Below are positions 37,827 to 47,461 of a stretch of 64,000 nt of DNA, piece by piece. The stretch spans positions 32,001-96,000 of the forward strand of contig OZ271854.1 of assembly GCA_965601925.1 (NCBI GenBank). The letters are read 5' to 3'. Within the stretch, counting starts at the first letter, position 1. Every line of letters begins with the position of its first letter. The notes beneath the pieces are model-generated. The model did not search any database, had not been told where the DNA came from, and saw only the letters and a program-made list of their open reading frames with translations. The stretch is from Alkalispirochaeta sp. (GTDB taxonomy: Bacteria; Spirochaetota; Spirochaetia; DSM-27196; Alkalispirochaetaceae). The translations under genes were made by a program, and so were the position numbers.

Positions 37827-40250
37827 ATGAGTACGGTCGGCGCCTCGATGAGTATCAAAGCGATGGATGAGGCGGTCTCACGCCTTCCCTCCTCTACGCG
37901 GATCGAGACGCTCAAACGCGCAATGCTCGCCGAGGAGCGATGCGTGTCGGTGGAGCAGGCACGCATCGTCACCAAGAGCTACGCCGACCACCCCGATAGT
38001 CCGCGCATCCTCAAGCGCGCCTACGCCCTCGCCGATTCGCTGCGAACGATTACGGTCCGCGTCGATCCGGGAGAGCTCATCGTCGGCAATCGTACTCCCG
38101 GGGTGCGTGCCGGGGTCGTCTTTCCGGAGTCGGGCGTATCGTGGATAGCCGAGGAACTTGACGCGCTTCCCGGCCGACCGCAAGACCCGTTCAACGTCTC
38201 CATCGAGGCGGCGAGAGCGTTCAGGGAGGAGATCGTCCCCGCATGGTCCCGCGACACCCTCGAGGATGAGGTCGAGCGTCGTCTTGGTGACGACATCGCC
38301 GCCGTTCGTTCCGTGGTCAAGATCAACCAGACCGACCACGCCCAAGGGCACATCTGCCCCGATGTAGCCTCGTGGCTCTCATCCGGCCCCCGAGCGCTTC
38401 TGGATCACGCCCGGCGGGCCGCCGAGAACGCGCCGCTCTCCAACGATCCTGCGAAACCCGCGGGAAGAGACTTCTACCGCGCCGTGGCCGTAACCCTGGA
38501 AGGGGCGTTGGAGTTCATCACGCGCTACGCCGGCGAGGCGCGCCGAAGGGCGACCGGCCGGAGCGACGAGGCGGCGGCTGAGCTGTACGAGGTGGCACGG
38601 GTGTGCGGGGCACTTGCCGAACGCACTCCGGAGAGTTTTCACGAGGCGGTGCAAGCCGTGTGGTTCCTCTTTGTCATGCTGCAGATGGAATCCAACGCCT
38701 CGTCGTTTTCCCCGGGCCGGATGGACCAATATCTCCTCCCCTTCTTGAAGCGCGATCTCAAAGAGGGCGTATTGGATCTCCCGCGTGCGCAGGAGCTCAT
38801 AGAGGCGCTGTGGCTCAAGTTCAATCAGATCGTCTATATGCGGAGTCGCTCTTCTGCGCAGTACTTCGCCGGCTTTCCCATCGGGTTCAATGTGGCGATC
38901 GGCGGCATCGACCGCCGTGGACGGGACGCCACCAACCTACTGTCGTTCATGTTTCTTCGCGCCCAGGAGCACATCGGCCTTCCGCAACCCAACCTTTCGG
39001 CGCGTCTGTGGCGCGGCTCACCCGCGGAGTTTGTCGATCGCTGCGCTCAGGTGATCGGCCTGGGGAGCGGAATGCCGCAGATCGTCAACGACGAGAGCGT
39101 CATACCGGCCCTCATGCGGCGCGGTATCGCCCGTGAGGACGCCCGGGACTACGCGGTAGTGGGGTGCGTCGAGCTCTCCACCCAGGGCAACAACCTCGGG
39201 TGGAGTGATGCGGCGATGTTCAACCTCGTCAAAGTGCTTGAGTTGGCGCTGAACGACGGCGTGTGTATGCTCACCGGTCGCCGCCTCGGTCCCGCGACCG
39301 GAACGCTCCCGGACCTCAACGATTTTGCCGCGTTGGAAGAGGCGTACCGGCGACAGTTCGATTTCTTCTTCGATGCTATGATTCCCCTGTGCGACGCGGT
39401 GGATCGTCTCCACGCCGAAATCCTCCCCTCCCCCTTTCTGTCGAGCGTCATCGACGGCTGCCTGGAGTCGGGAGTGGACGTGACCGCTGGTGGGGCGCGC
39501 TACAATCTGAGCGGCATTCAGGCGATCCAGGTCGCCAACTTGGCGGACAGTTTGGCGGCGCTCAAGGAGATGGTGTTCGATACGCGGGAGATCGACCCCG
39601 CTGAGTTTCTCGAGGCGCTTCGAAACGACTATACCGGCGCGGAGAGGCTTAGGCGCAGATTGATTGAGGCGGTTCCCAAGTACGGCAACGACGTCGCGTG
39701 GGTCGACGAGCTGGGCTCCCGTTGGACGCGCTACTTTGCAACGCGCCTCGCCGAAGCTATCAATGCCCGGGGAGGTCCGTATCACATGGGACTCTATACG
39801 GTCTCAGCGCACGTTCCCATGGGGAAAAACGTCGCGGCGACGCCCGACGGACGTCACGCACGCGAACCGTTGGCGGACGGCGGACTGTCGGCGATGTATG
39901 GGAGAGATCGAGCGGGTCCCACGGCGCTCCTCACGTCGGTCTCACGAATCGATGCGACGGACGCGAGCAACGGCACGCTCCTCAATATGAAGTTTCTACC
40001 CCGCACCTTCGAGAATGCGGTGGAGCGGGCCAAGTTTACGGCGATGCTGCGTGCGCTGGTGCGCCTCAACATTCACCACGTGCAGTTCAACGTCGTCGAT
40101 CGTGAAACCCTCCGAGCCGCGCAGACCGATCCCGACGCGTATCGCAATCTGACGATCCGCGTCGCCGGCTACACGGCCTACTTCGTGGAGCTCGCGCCGG
40201 ACCTCCAAGAGGAGATCATCGCGCGCACCGCTTACGGGGAGGTACAATGA
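37827..40250 (+). CDS. pflD: Glycyl radical enzyme, PflD-like clade
   Basis: Cys loop 'VVGCVEL', Gly loop 'RVAGY'; motifs recalled from E. coli PflD ('INQTDxxQGH', 'ESNASS', 'SSAQYFAGFP', 'YTVSAHVP', 'NGTLLN'). Confidence 0.88.
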   Translation: MSTVGASMSIKAMDEAVSRLPSSTRIETLKRAMLAEERCVSVEQARIVTKSYADHPDSPRILKRAYALADSLRTITVRVDPGELIVGNRTPGVRAGVVFPESGVSWIAEELDALPGRPQDPFNVSIEAARAFREEIVPAWSRDTLEDEVERRLGDDIAAVRSVVKINQTDHAQGHICPDVASWLSSGPRALLDHARRAAENAPLSNDPAKPAGRDFYRAVAVTLEGALEFITRYAGEARRRATGRSDEAAAELYEVARVCGALAERTPESFHEAVQAVWFLFVMLQMESNASSFSPGRMDQYLLPFLKRDLKEGVLDLPRAQELIEALWLKFNQIVYMRSRSSAQYFAGFPIGFNVAIGGIDRRGRDATNLLSFMFLRAQEHIGLPQPNLSARLWRGSPAEFVDRCAQVIGLGSGMPQIVNDESVIPALMRRGIAREDARDYAVVGCVELSTQGNNLGWSDAAMFNLVKVLELALNDGVCMLTGRRLGPATGTLPDLNDFAALEEAYRRQFDFFFDAMIPLCDAVDRLHAEILPSPFLSSVIDGCLESGVDVTAGGARYNLSGIQAIQVANLADSLAALKEMVFDTREIDPAEFLEALRNDYTGAERLRRRLIEAVPKYGNDVAWVDELGSRWTRYFATRLAEAINARGGPYHMGLYTVSAHVPMGKNVAATPDGRHAREPLADGGLSAMYGRDRAGPTALLTSVSRIDATDASNGTLLNMKFLPRTFENAVERAKFTAMLRALVRLNIHHVQFNVVDRETLRAAQTDPDAYRNLTIRVAGYTAYFVELAPDLQEEIIARTAYGEVQ

Positions 40251-41170
40251 CCGGCAACGCTTCCGGGCTCATATTCGACGTGAAGCGCTTTGCCCTCCAC
40301 GATGGGCCGGGGATTCGTACCACCGCCTTCCTCAAAGGGTGCCCCCTCGCGTGTCCGTGGTGCCACAACCCCGAGGGCATTGCAAAACGGCGCCTCGTCT
40401 GGTACGACGCTCATCGCTGCATCAAATGTCGTGCGTGCATCGCCTCGTGCCCGCGCTCCGCCCTTACGTCCCATCCCGACGGCGCCCACTTCATCCACGT
40501 GGATCGTACGGCGTGTGACCTTACCGGCTCATGCATCGACGTATGCCCCACCGGCGCCCTGCGGTGGGACAGCCGGAGCTACACGGTCGGCGAGTTGGTC
40601 GATCTCTTGGAACGCGACCGCCTCTTCTACGAAACATCCGGCGGCGGCGTCACCCTCTCCGGCGGGGAGCCGCTCTCTCAGGAGAAGTTCGCGCACGCCG
40701 TCCTGGCTGAGTGTCGAGAGCGGGGACTCCACACCGCGATCGAGACGACGCTGTTCGCCTCCCATCGGACGTTGGATCGCTTCATCCCTGTGGTGGATCA
40801 CTTCTTAGTCGATATCAAAGTGTGGGACTCGGAGCTTCACCGTCGGACGGCGGGGGTCGACAACAAACCGATCCTGGATAACATCCGGCTCCTCGCCGAG
40901 AGAGGCTCGACGCTTACGGTACGTATTCCCCTCATCCCCGGCATCACGGCGACGGCGGAGAACATCCGTCCAACCGCCCGCTTCGTGCGCGACCTACCGG
41001 GGACGGTCCCCCTGGAGCTGATCAACTTCAACCCTCTCGCCTCGGGAAAGTATCTCGTCCTCGCACAGGATTACGCCTTTTCATCGTATAATGCGCCCTA
41101 TTCAGAGGAGGAATACCGTGTCTTTGTCGACATCGCGCGCAGTGAGGGAGCCCATATCGCGGAAGGATAG
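40247..41170 (+). CDS. Glycyl-radical enzyme activating protein (radical SAM with ferredoxin insert)
   Basis: 'HDGPGIRT..FLKGCPLACPWCHNPE', 'CIKCRACIASCP', 'GGVTLSGGEP'. Confidence 0.95.
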   Translation: MTGNASGLIFDVKRFALHDGPGIRTTAFLKGCPLACPWCHNPEGIAKRRLVWYDAHRCIKCRACIASCPRSALTSHPDGAHFIHVDRTACDLTGSCIDVCPTGALRWDSRSYTVGELVDLLERDRLFYETSGGGVTLSGGEPLSQEKFAHAVLAECRERGLHTAIETTLFASHRTLDRFIPVVDHFLVDIKVWDSELHRRTAGVDNKPILDNIRLLAERGSTLTVRIPLIPGITATAENIRPTARFVRDLPGTVPLELINFNPLASGKYLVLAQDYAFSSYNAPYSEEEYRVFVDIARSEGAHIAEG

Positions 41171-42089
41171 TGCGGTCGTAGCCGTCGATATCGGCGGCAC
41201 CAAGACGGTCGTGGGACGTTCCGTCGGTGACGCGATAGAACCGACGCACCGCTTTCCCACATCACAGGATCCGATCGAGGCGGCGGAGAACGTCGTCCGC
41301 GCCGCCGAACGCCTCATGACCGAGGACGCCGGTTTTCATCCCCGCTCCGTAGGCATCGGATGCCCCGGCCCTCTCGACCCGGTGAGCGGTACGATCCTGG
41401 AGCCCCCCAACCTGAAGCCGTGGAGGAACTTCGAACTCGCCGACTACATCGGCACGCGTATCGGTCTTCCGGTACGGATCGAGAACGATGCGAGTGTCGG
41501 CGCCCTCGGAGAGGCCCATTTCGGAGGCGGTCGCGGCCACGGATCGCTCTACTACGTGACCCTATCGACCGGCATCGGCGCCGGCTACGTCGTCGACGGT
41601 CGCATTGCCGGGGGATTGCGCGGTATGGCGGGAGAGGTATGGGCCTTTGATCCCGGAACGTTCTCGGGACGCCCGACCGGGGATACGATCATCGAACTCG
41701 CCTCCGGCCCCGGACTGCTACGCTCCTTTGAACGCCGTCTGGCGGCCGGCGGACGGAGCAGCCTGGAGCGGGATAACCTGGACACTCCCTCGCTTCTCGC
41801 CGCCGCCGACGAGGGAGACGAACTCGCACTCGAGACGGTCGAAGCTGGGCGCAACGCAATCGCCGCGCTCCTCACCGCGGTGATACTCGCCGTTGCGCCT
41901 GAGGTCGTCGTCCTCGCCGGCGGCCTGTGTACCGAGAGCCGCTGGTTCGTCGACCCGATCCGCGAGCGTATTCGCAGCTGGATATCGATCCCCGCCCTCG
42001 CCGACGTACCGGTACGACGCGCGGAGTTATGGGATCGCGCCGTCCTGGTCGGAGCTGCGGAGCTGGCGCGACAGACGAGCATCGAATGA
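41118..42089 (+). CDS. ROK-family sugar kinase lacking the Zn/ExGH motif
   Basis: 'VDIGGTK', 'GCPGPLD', 'ENDAS', 'LSTGIGAG'; GAGGAGG 6 nt before the GTG at 41118 (alternative start 41142). Confidence 0.85.
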   Translation: MSLSTSRAVREPISRKDSAVVAVDIGGTKTVVGRSVGDAIEPTHRFPTSQDPIEAAENVVRAAERLMTEDAGFHPRSVGIGCPGPLDPVSGTILEPPNLKPWRNFELADYIGTRIGLPVRIENDASVGALGEAHFGGGRGHGSLYYVTLSTGIGAGYVVDGRIAGGLRGMAGEVWAFDPGTFSGRPTGDTIIELASGPGLLRSFERRLAAGGRSSLERDNLDTPSLLAAADEGDELALETVEAGRNAIAALLTAVILAVAPEVVVLAGGLCTESRWFVDPIRERIRSWISIPALADVPVRRAELWDRAVLVGAAELARQTSIE

Positions 42090-42371
42090 CGCCGCGATCG
42101 ACACGCTACGAGGCGGCCGATAAGGAGATCACCGACACGGGGATCGCGGTGCGGAGCGAAACGGTGAGCGGATGTGGCGACGTCACCGGAAGCGAGGGTC
42201 GACCGTTCCAACGCGCGCCGTCCGTACCGCACCGAAGTTCCGTGGCGGGCATGGTAGCGGCCGCGGCACGTGTATCGTCGAACCGACGATCGAGATCGGA
42301 TTCGGCGGTCGCACGGTGCGGCAAACGAACGTGATCGCGCCCGTCGAACGAAGGTGGGAGGGCGGCCCATT

Positions 42372-42399
42372 TTGACACCGCCGAAATCGGGTGTAGAGT
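42372..42399 (+). promoter_or_regulatory. Probable leaderless promoter of the alpha/beta hydrolase gene
   Basis: TTGACA-16-TAGAGT, then 7 nt to the ATG at 42407; no SD sequence. Confidence 0.6.
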
Positions 42400-42406
42400 T
42401 ACCACC

Positions 42407-43207
42407 ATGGAATCAGGAACCTTTACCGGCAGCGAGGGGACGGTCTTCTACCGGCGCTGGCGACCCGATGGGGAGACTCGGTGCATCGTTGTTATCGTCC
42501 ACGGGTATGCCGAACACGGTGGGCGCTACGCCCATGTCGCGGAACGGCTCAACACGGCGGGTTCGGTGGTCTACGCGCCGGACCACATCGGCCACGGCAA
42601 GAGTGACGGCGAGCGCGCTTTGATTACCGACTTCGAGCACGTCGTGGACGACCTTCGCTCACTGGTGGTGCTCGCGCGGGAGGAGAACGGCGGTAAGCCG
42701 GTCATCATGATCGGACACTCGATGGGCGGCTTGCTCACGGCGCGGTATGCCGAACGATTTCCCGATTCTCTGACGGCGATCGGCTTTCTCGGGGCGGTCT
42801 TGGGCGACTGGAACTGGGCGCGGGAGGTCCTGGCACTTCCTGAGCTTCCGGAAGAGTCGAGTGACCCGGCGGGCATGTCGCGAGATCCGGAAACGATCCG
42901 CTCCTACGCCGAGGATCCGCTTGTGTACCACGGAGGCTACAAACGCCCCCTCCTGGAGGCGGAGGTTGCAGCCCTCGACCGTTTCAACGAGGAGATCGGC
43001 GCCCTTACGATGCCGGTACTCTTTCTACACGGCGGGGCGGATCCTTTTGTGCCCGCCGAGACGACGGCCGAGGCGGTGAGGCGAATGCCGGCCGAAAAGA
43101 AGGTGACGAACATCTATCCCGAGGCGCGACACGAGCTGGTGAACGAGTTGAACCGGGAAGAGGTGCTCGCGGAGATTTTGCGCTTCGTCCGAGAGGTAGT
43201 ACGTTAG
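42407..43207 (+). CDS. Alpha/beta hydrolase (monoacylglycerol lipase/lysophospholipase-like)
   Basis: 'VHGYAEHGGRY', 'DHIGHGKSDG', nucleophile 'GHSMGG', 'HGGADP', 'RHELVNE'. Confidence 0.92.
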   Translation: MESGTFTGSEGTVFYRRWRPDGETRCIVVIVHGYAEHGGRYAHVAERLNTAGSVVYAPDHIGHGKSDGERALITDFEHVVDDLRSLVVLAREENGGKPVIMIGHSMGGLLTARYAERFPDSLTAIGFLGAVLGDWNWAREVLALPELPEESSDPAGMSRDPETIRSYAEDPLVYHGGYKRPLLEAEVAALDRFNEEIGALTMPVLFLHGGADPFVPAETTAEAVRRMPAEKKVTNIYPEARHELVNELNREEVLAEILRFVREVVR

Positions 43208-43459
43208 CGACGCGTCGGTCTAGGGGACATCGACGCCGGAACCAGGAACAACAGCCGCTGCCCGATGCCGTTGGTTGGGACGTATCGAAGAGCGTAGCCG
43301 TATCGTAGTCGGCGATCTCGCCATCGATCTCGTCCCGTACCTCCGAGGAAGGGTCGCACCGTCGATCATCGATGCAAACATCGTACGATCCCGATCGATT
43401 GCCCGATGAGGTCCCAATCGACTACTCGACGAAGTAGTATTTGGCACTCATAAAAGCGT

Positions 43460-43488
43460 TTGCATATAGATGTCGATGCACGTATCAT
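43460..43488 (+). promoter_or_regulatory. padR promoter with overlapping palindromic operator
   Basis: TTGCAT-17-TATCAT; TGCAT-N10-ATGCA at 43461-43480. Confidence 0.6.
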
Positions 43489-43519
43489 GGCGGAATAGGT
43501 CCGAAAAAAGGAGGGGAGC

Positions 43520-44074
43520 ATGTCGTTGCCGCATTTCATCTTAGGTGCGTTGGCCGATCGTCCGATGACCGGGTACGACCTCAACAAGTCGTTCCAGAAC
43601 TCAATCAACCACTTCTGGTCTACCGATCAGAGTCAGATCTATCGCACCTTACAGAAGCTCAAACGAGAAGGACTCGTCAGGGATGAGCAGGTCGTACAGG
43701 AGGACTACCCCAACAAAAAGCTCTATCACCTCACCGCTACCGGTGAGGCGGAGCTACGGAAGTGGCTGGAGACACCGCTCGATGACCAAGAGGCGCCGGT
43801 GCGCCAGGGATGGCTCGGCCAGTTATTCTTCGGTAACCACGTCGAGCCGTCCCGGACGATCGAGGTGATGCAAGCGTATCTCCAAGAAGAGGAGGAGACG
43901 ATCGAGCACCTCATATCGATTCGGGACGACGTCTTCGGCGAGATGGAGAGCGGGCCGAGCGATCGACGCACGACGCTACGCCTTGCGACGCTCGAGTACG
44001 GCATCGCCATCAGTCGGGCGGGAGCGGCGTGGTTGCATCGGCTCATACAAACGCTTGAGGGCCGGGAGGCGTAG
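43520..44074 (+). CDS. PadR-family transcriptional regulator
   Basis: 'ILGAL..PMTGYDL', 'FWSTDQSQIYRTL', 'KKLYHLTATG'; RBS AAGGAGG. Confidence 0.93.
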   Translation: MSLPHFILGALADRPMTGYDLNKSFQNSINHFWSTDQSQIYRTLQKLKREGLVRDEQVVQEDYPNKKLYHLTATGEAELRKWLETPLDDQEAPVRQGWLGQLFFGNHVEPSRTIEVMQAYLQEEEETIEHLISIRDDVFGEMESGPSDRRTTLRLATLEYGIAISRAGAAWLHRLIQTLEGREA

Positions 44075-44155
44075 AGGCGTTTATCCCGCCACGGAGCGAC
44101 TAGACCCCCAAAGAGCCGTAGCGAACGATTGATATCCATAGCCTACTACATGCTA

Positions 44156-44186
44156 TTGCATATAAGTGCATCAACATATATTATGC
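44156..44186 (+). promoter_or_regulatory. Promoter of the serine hydrolase gene with a PadR-like box
   Basis: TTGCAT-17-TATTAT; GTGCATCAACATATATTATGC is nearly the reverse complement of the padR box. Confidence 0.55.
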
Positions 44187-44332
44187 GGTATCACGTATTA
44201 ACCACCGGGGCCCGCGGTTCATGACCGCCATCGATCGATGAGGCACGCAATTCGGCCACGCGACGATAGGTAATGCCGTCGATCGCGGAAGAGATGCGAC
44301 AAAGCGACGACCCCGAATCGAAGAGGTAACCT

Positions 44333-45544
44333 ATGATCATTCGCCGTATAGTACGCGTCACCCTATGGGTAGGAGCCGGTCTCGGACTCATTGTCCTTGG
44401 GGCATTCATATGGCTGCGGACCAGTCCTCACTGGGCCGGAGTCACGCTCTTTGCCGAACGCTATCGGGTCGAGAACTTTCGGAACTTGGACGCTGTGTTT
44501 CCCTACTCCTGCACCGTCGCCGAGAGTGACGATACGTGGGAGTTCGGGACGAGTCCGAGATCGCTACCGGTCGGGTACGCCTACGGCGGAAGCGAGCACA
44601 ACGTAGCCGATTTTCTCGATCGCACGGTAACGACGGGTCTTCTGGTCGTGCATCGCGGCGACATCGTACATGAGGAGTACCGGCTGGGAGCCGAGGAGAC
44701 ATCTCCGTTCACCTCGTGGTCGGTCGCGAAATCGGTACTCTCCGCGCTGATCGGCATCGCGATCGAAGAGGGTCACATCGACAACGTCCGCGATCCGATC
44801 GACCGTTACGTGCCCGCACTCGTCGGCTCCGGTTACGAACACGTACCGATAGAGGATGCTCTGACCATGTCCTCGGGCGTAGCATTCGACGAGGATTACG
44901 AGAACCCGATGTCGGACATCAACATGCTGTTCGTCCGTGCCTTGGCCATGGACACGACGATCGTGGAGATCCTATCCGAGTTGGAGAGCGTCCGCGAACC
45001 GGGTACCTACAACGAGTACATCAGTTCCGACACCTTGGTGCTGGGCCTCGTATTGGAAAACGCCACCGGTATGTCGGTAGGAGAGTATCTCGAGACGCGA
45101 CTGTGGCGACCGATGGGAGCCGAGGCGGATGCCTTCTGGAGCACCGACAGTGAGGGTAGCGCGTTCGGGACGTGCTGCCTCAACGCGACGTTGCGCGACT
45201 ACGCGCGCTTCGGGCGACTCTATCTGGAGGGCGGCGCGCGGGACGGGGTGCAGATCGTTCCCGCCGCTTGGGTCGCGTCATCGGTCAATCCTACGGCGCC
45301 GCATCTGTTGCCGGGGGACAATCCGGACTCGTTCTGGACCTTCGGCTACGGCTATCAGTGGTGGATCCCGGAAGATCCGCACGGGGATTTTCTTGCGATC
45401 GGCATCTGGGGGCAGTACATTTACGTGGACCCGACGCGCGAGGTGCTTATCGTCAAGACCAGTGCAGATCCGCTGTTCGACGACCGCGACCACGAAACGG
45501 TAGCCGCGTTCCGTTCCATCGCCCGCTCGATTACCGGCGGATAA
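44333..45544 (+). CDS. Membrane-anchored serine hydrolase (class C beta-lactamase/NylB-like family)
   Basis: N-terminal TM, SxxK 'SVAKS', 'LTMSSG', 'YISSDT', 'DYARFG', 'YGYQWW', 'GIWGQYIY'. Confidence 0.88.
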   Translation: MIIRRIVRVTLWVGAGLGLIVLGAFIWLRTSPHWAGVTLFAERYRVENFRNLDAVFPYSCTVAESDDTWEFGTSPRSLPVGYAYGGSEHNVADFLDRTVTTGLLVVHRGDIVHEEYRLGAEETSPFTSWSVAKSVLSALIGIAIEEGHIDNVRDPIDRYVPALVGSGYEHVPIEDALTMSSGVAFDEDYENPMSDINMLFVRALAMDTTIVEILSELESVREPGTYNEYISSDTLVLGLVLENATGMSVGEYLETRLWRPMGAEADAFWSTDSEGSAFGTCCLNATLRDYARFGRLYLEGGARDGVQIVPAAWVASSVNPTAPHLLPGDNPDSFWTFGYGYQWWIPEDPHGDFLAIGIWGQYIYVDPTREVLIVKTSADPLFDDRDHETVAAFRSIARSITGG

Positions 45545-45626
45545 GGGTCCGAAACGGCGGGCCGACGGCGCAGAGGGCGAATCCACACGCCGCCGATTCG
45601 CCCCCGACGGCGAGTACGCGCCGCGC

Positions 45627-45655
45627 TTGCGTCCCGTCGGGAGTGGCTCTACAAT
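45627..45655 (+). promoter_or_regulatory. Probable leaderless promoter of the YesM-like gene
   Basis: TTGCGT-17-TACAAT, then 6 nt to the GTG at 45662. Confidence 0.6.
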
Positions 45656-45661
45656 CCTCTC

Positions 45662-47461
45662 GTGCGCGACAAGCGGCCTCGGACCTCGTTGAAATCTCAA
45701 CTGATGTTGGCGCTCGGCCTCTCGGCGTTCGTTCCGTTCCTCGCCTTGAGCATCTTCAACTTCACCGTCTCGCGGAGGGCGCGCGAAGTGACGCTGGTCC
45801 GTTCGCAACTGCACTCCGCCGAGAGCTTGGCGGCAGAGATCGACAATCGCGTATCCCTCGCCGAACGGCTTTCGGCACGCATCGCCTTTCACGACGACTT
45901 GTCGCTCCTATTGAATCGTCGACGTGAGGAAGCGATGCAATTCGACGAGACGACGATGCGCTTTCTCGATTATATCGAGGGGCAGTACACCCACGATCCG
46001 GTTACGGAACATCTCCTCGGCATGTTGATTCTCGGCCGCAACGGATTGGATCTGCGCACCGGGGAGGGGTTTCTCCTCGACCGAGGGGCCGTGACCGAGA
46101 AGCGATGGTACCGCGAGCGCCTCGACCCGTTCGGCGCACCGACGTGGGGGCGGGTACAATCGACCGGTTCGCACCGAACGTCGCAGGCACAGATGATCCC
46201 TATGGTGCGGGTCGTACGCGACCTCGATACGGGAGTGCGCGTCGGGCGCATCATTCTACTCTTCGCTCCTTCGCTCCTGTCCGATTCTCTCGAACGGTAC
46301 GCTCATACCGTGTCGGACGTGTGGGTCTATACGTCGCAAGACGAGGTCGTACTCGCGACCGGCCGAGAGGTCGCACCGGAGAGCGCGCGATTCGCCCCTC
46401 TCCCCGACGCAACTGAAGGGGGACGCTACGCCGTCGAGCGTACCGAAGGAGAGACGATCGTCTTTACCTCGGCGACCTCACCGCAGACGGGGTGGCGCCT
46501 GGTCATCTCAACGCCCGGCGACACGCTGCGCACCGAGCGCCTCGCGGTTCTCGTCACGACCGGGGCGCTCATCGCGTCGGCGGTGGTCCTCAGCGCGCTC
46601 CTCTCGGCGGTGCTTTCCGCCGGGCTTACCAAACCGATGCGGGAGCTCACGATGGGCGTCCAACGATTTGCGGCGGGCAATCTCGACGAGCCGGTGGCGC
46701 TGCCGGCCCACAGCGAGCTACGCGGCCTCGCGGCGACCATTAACGCAATGAGCCGCGAGATTCGCGATCTTATCGAGCAGAACCGGAAGCGTGAGCGCGA
46801 GGGGCGGCGCCTGGAGCTCGACGTACTGCGCAATCAGATCAACCCCCACTTCGTCTACAATACGCTCAACACGATTCGCTGGATGGCGGTGCTCCACGGC
46901 TCGCCCGGGATCGAGACGATGGTTACCTCCTTCGGCAGGCTCCTCAAAAGCGTCTATCAACACGACAGCGAGGTGGTACCGTTGGCCGAGGAGCTCCGTC
47001 TCGCCGAGGATTACATGCACATCCTCAGAATCCGGTACCGCGGGAAGGTGAGCTACTCCGTGACGGTCGACGAGTCGTTGGCACGGCGCGCCGGCGTGGT
47101 GAAGTTCGTCCTGCAGCCGCTCATTGAGAACGCCGTCTTTCACGGAATCGAACCGAAGGCGGGCGCGGGAGCGATTCGAGTAGAGGGCGAGGAGGCCGAC
47201 GACGCGCTCGTCCTGCGCGTGACCGACGACGGTGTGGGGATCGACGACGAGCGCCTGGCCACCGTCCTGTCGGACGCCGAAGGAGAGGAAGAGCCGTCGC
47301 ACCATCGCGGATTTCAACACGTCGGATTGCGCAACGTTCACCGCCGCGTGCGCCTGTTGTACGGCGACTCCTACGGCGTGCGTGTGGCGAGCGTCCCGGG
47401 ACGTGGAACGGTGGTGACGGTCCGCATGCCGATTCTGTCGGTGGAGCCGAGCAATGTATGA
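45662..47461 (+). CDS. YesM-like sensor histidine kinase (Cache-HAMP-His_kinase)
   Basis: 'QINPHFVYNTL', 'LQPLIENAVFHG', 'DDGVG', 'VGLRNVHRR'. Confidence 0.92.
   Translation: MRDKRPRTSLKSQLMLALGLSAFVPFLALSIFNFTVSRRAREVTLVRSQLHSAESLAAEIDNRVSLAERLSARIAFHDDLSLLLNRRREEAMQFDETTMRFLDYIEGQYTHDPVTEHLLGMLILGRNGLDLRTGEGFLLDRGAVTEKRWYRERLDPFGAPTWGRVQSTGSHRTSQAQMIPMVRVVRDLDTGVRVGRIILLFAPSLLSDSLERYAHTVSDVWVYTSQDEVVLATGREVAPESARFAPLPDATEGGRYAVERTEGETIVFTSATSPQTGWRLVISTPGDTLRTERLAVLVTTGALIASAVVLSALLSAVLSAGLTKPMRELTMGVQRFAAGNLDEPVALPAHSELRGLAATINAMSREIRDLIEQNRKREREGRRLELDVLRNQINPHFVYNTLNTIRWMAVLHGSPGIETMVTSFGRLLKSVYQHDSEVVPLAEELRLAEDYMHILRIRYRGKVSYSVTVDESLARRAGVVKFVLQPLIENAVFHGIEPKAGAGAIRVEGEEADDALVLRVTDDGVGIDDERLATVLSDAEGEEEPSHHRGFQHVGLRNVHRRVRLLYGDSYGVRVASVPGRGTVVTVRMPILSVEPSNV

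Noticed and set aside
37827..40250. Pyruvate formate-lyase or choline TMA-lyase assignment; microcompartment locus
   Set aside because: Single-Cys GCVEL loop rather than the CC of PflB; motifs resemble PflD; no shell-protein genes nearby
42090..42370. Intergenic gap after the ROK gene (also 43210-43450 and 54216-54420) as possible ncRNA or MITE
   Set aside because: No tRNA or riboswitch consensus, terminal inverted repeats or second copy seen
44333..45544. Bona fide antibiotic-resistance beta-lactamase
   Set aside because: SxxK is present but the other motifs fit the broad esterase/amidase branch; resistance cannot be inferred
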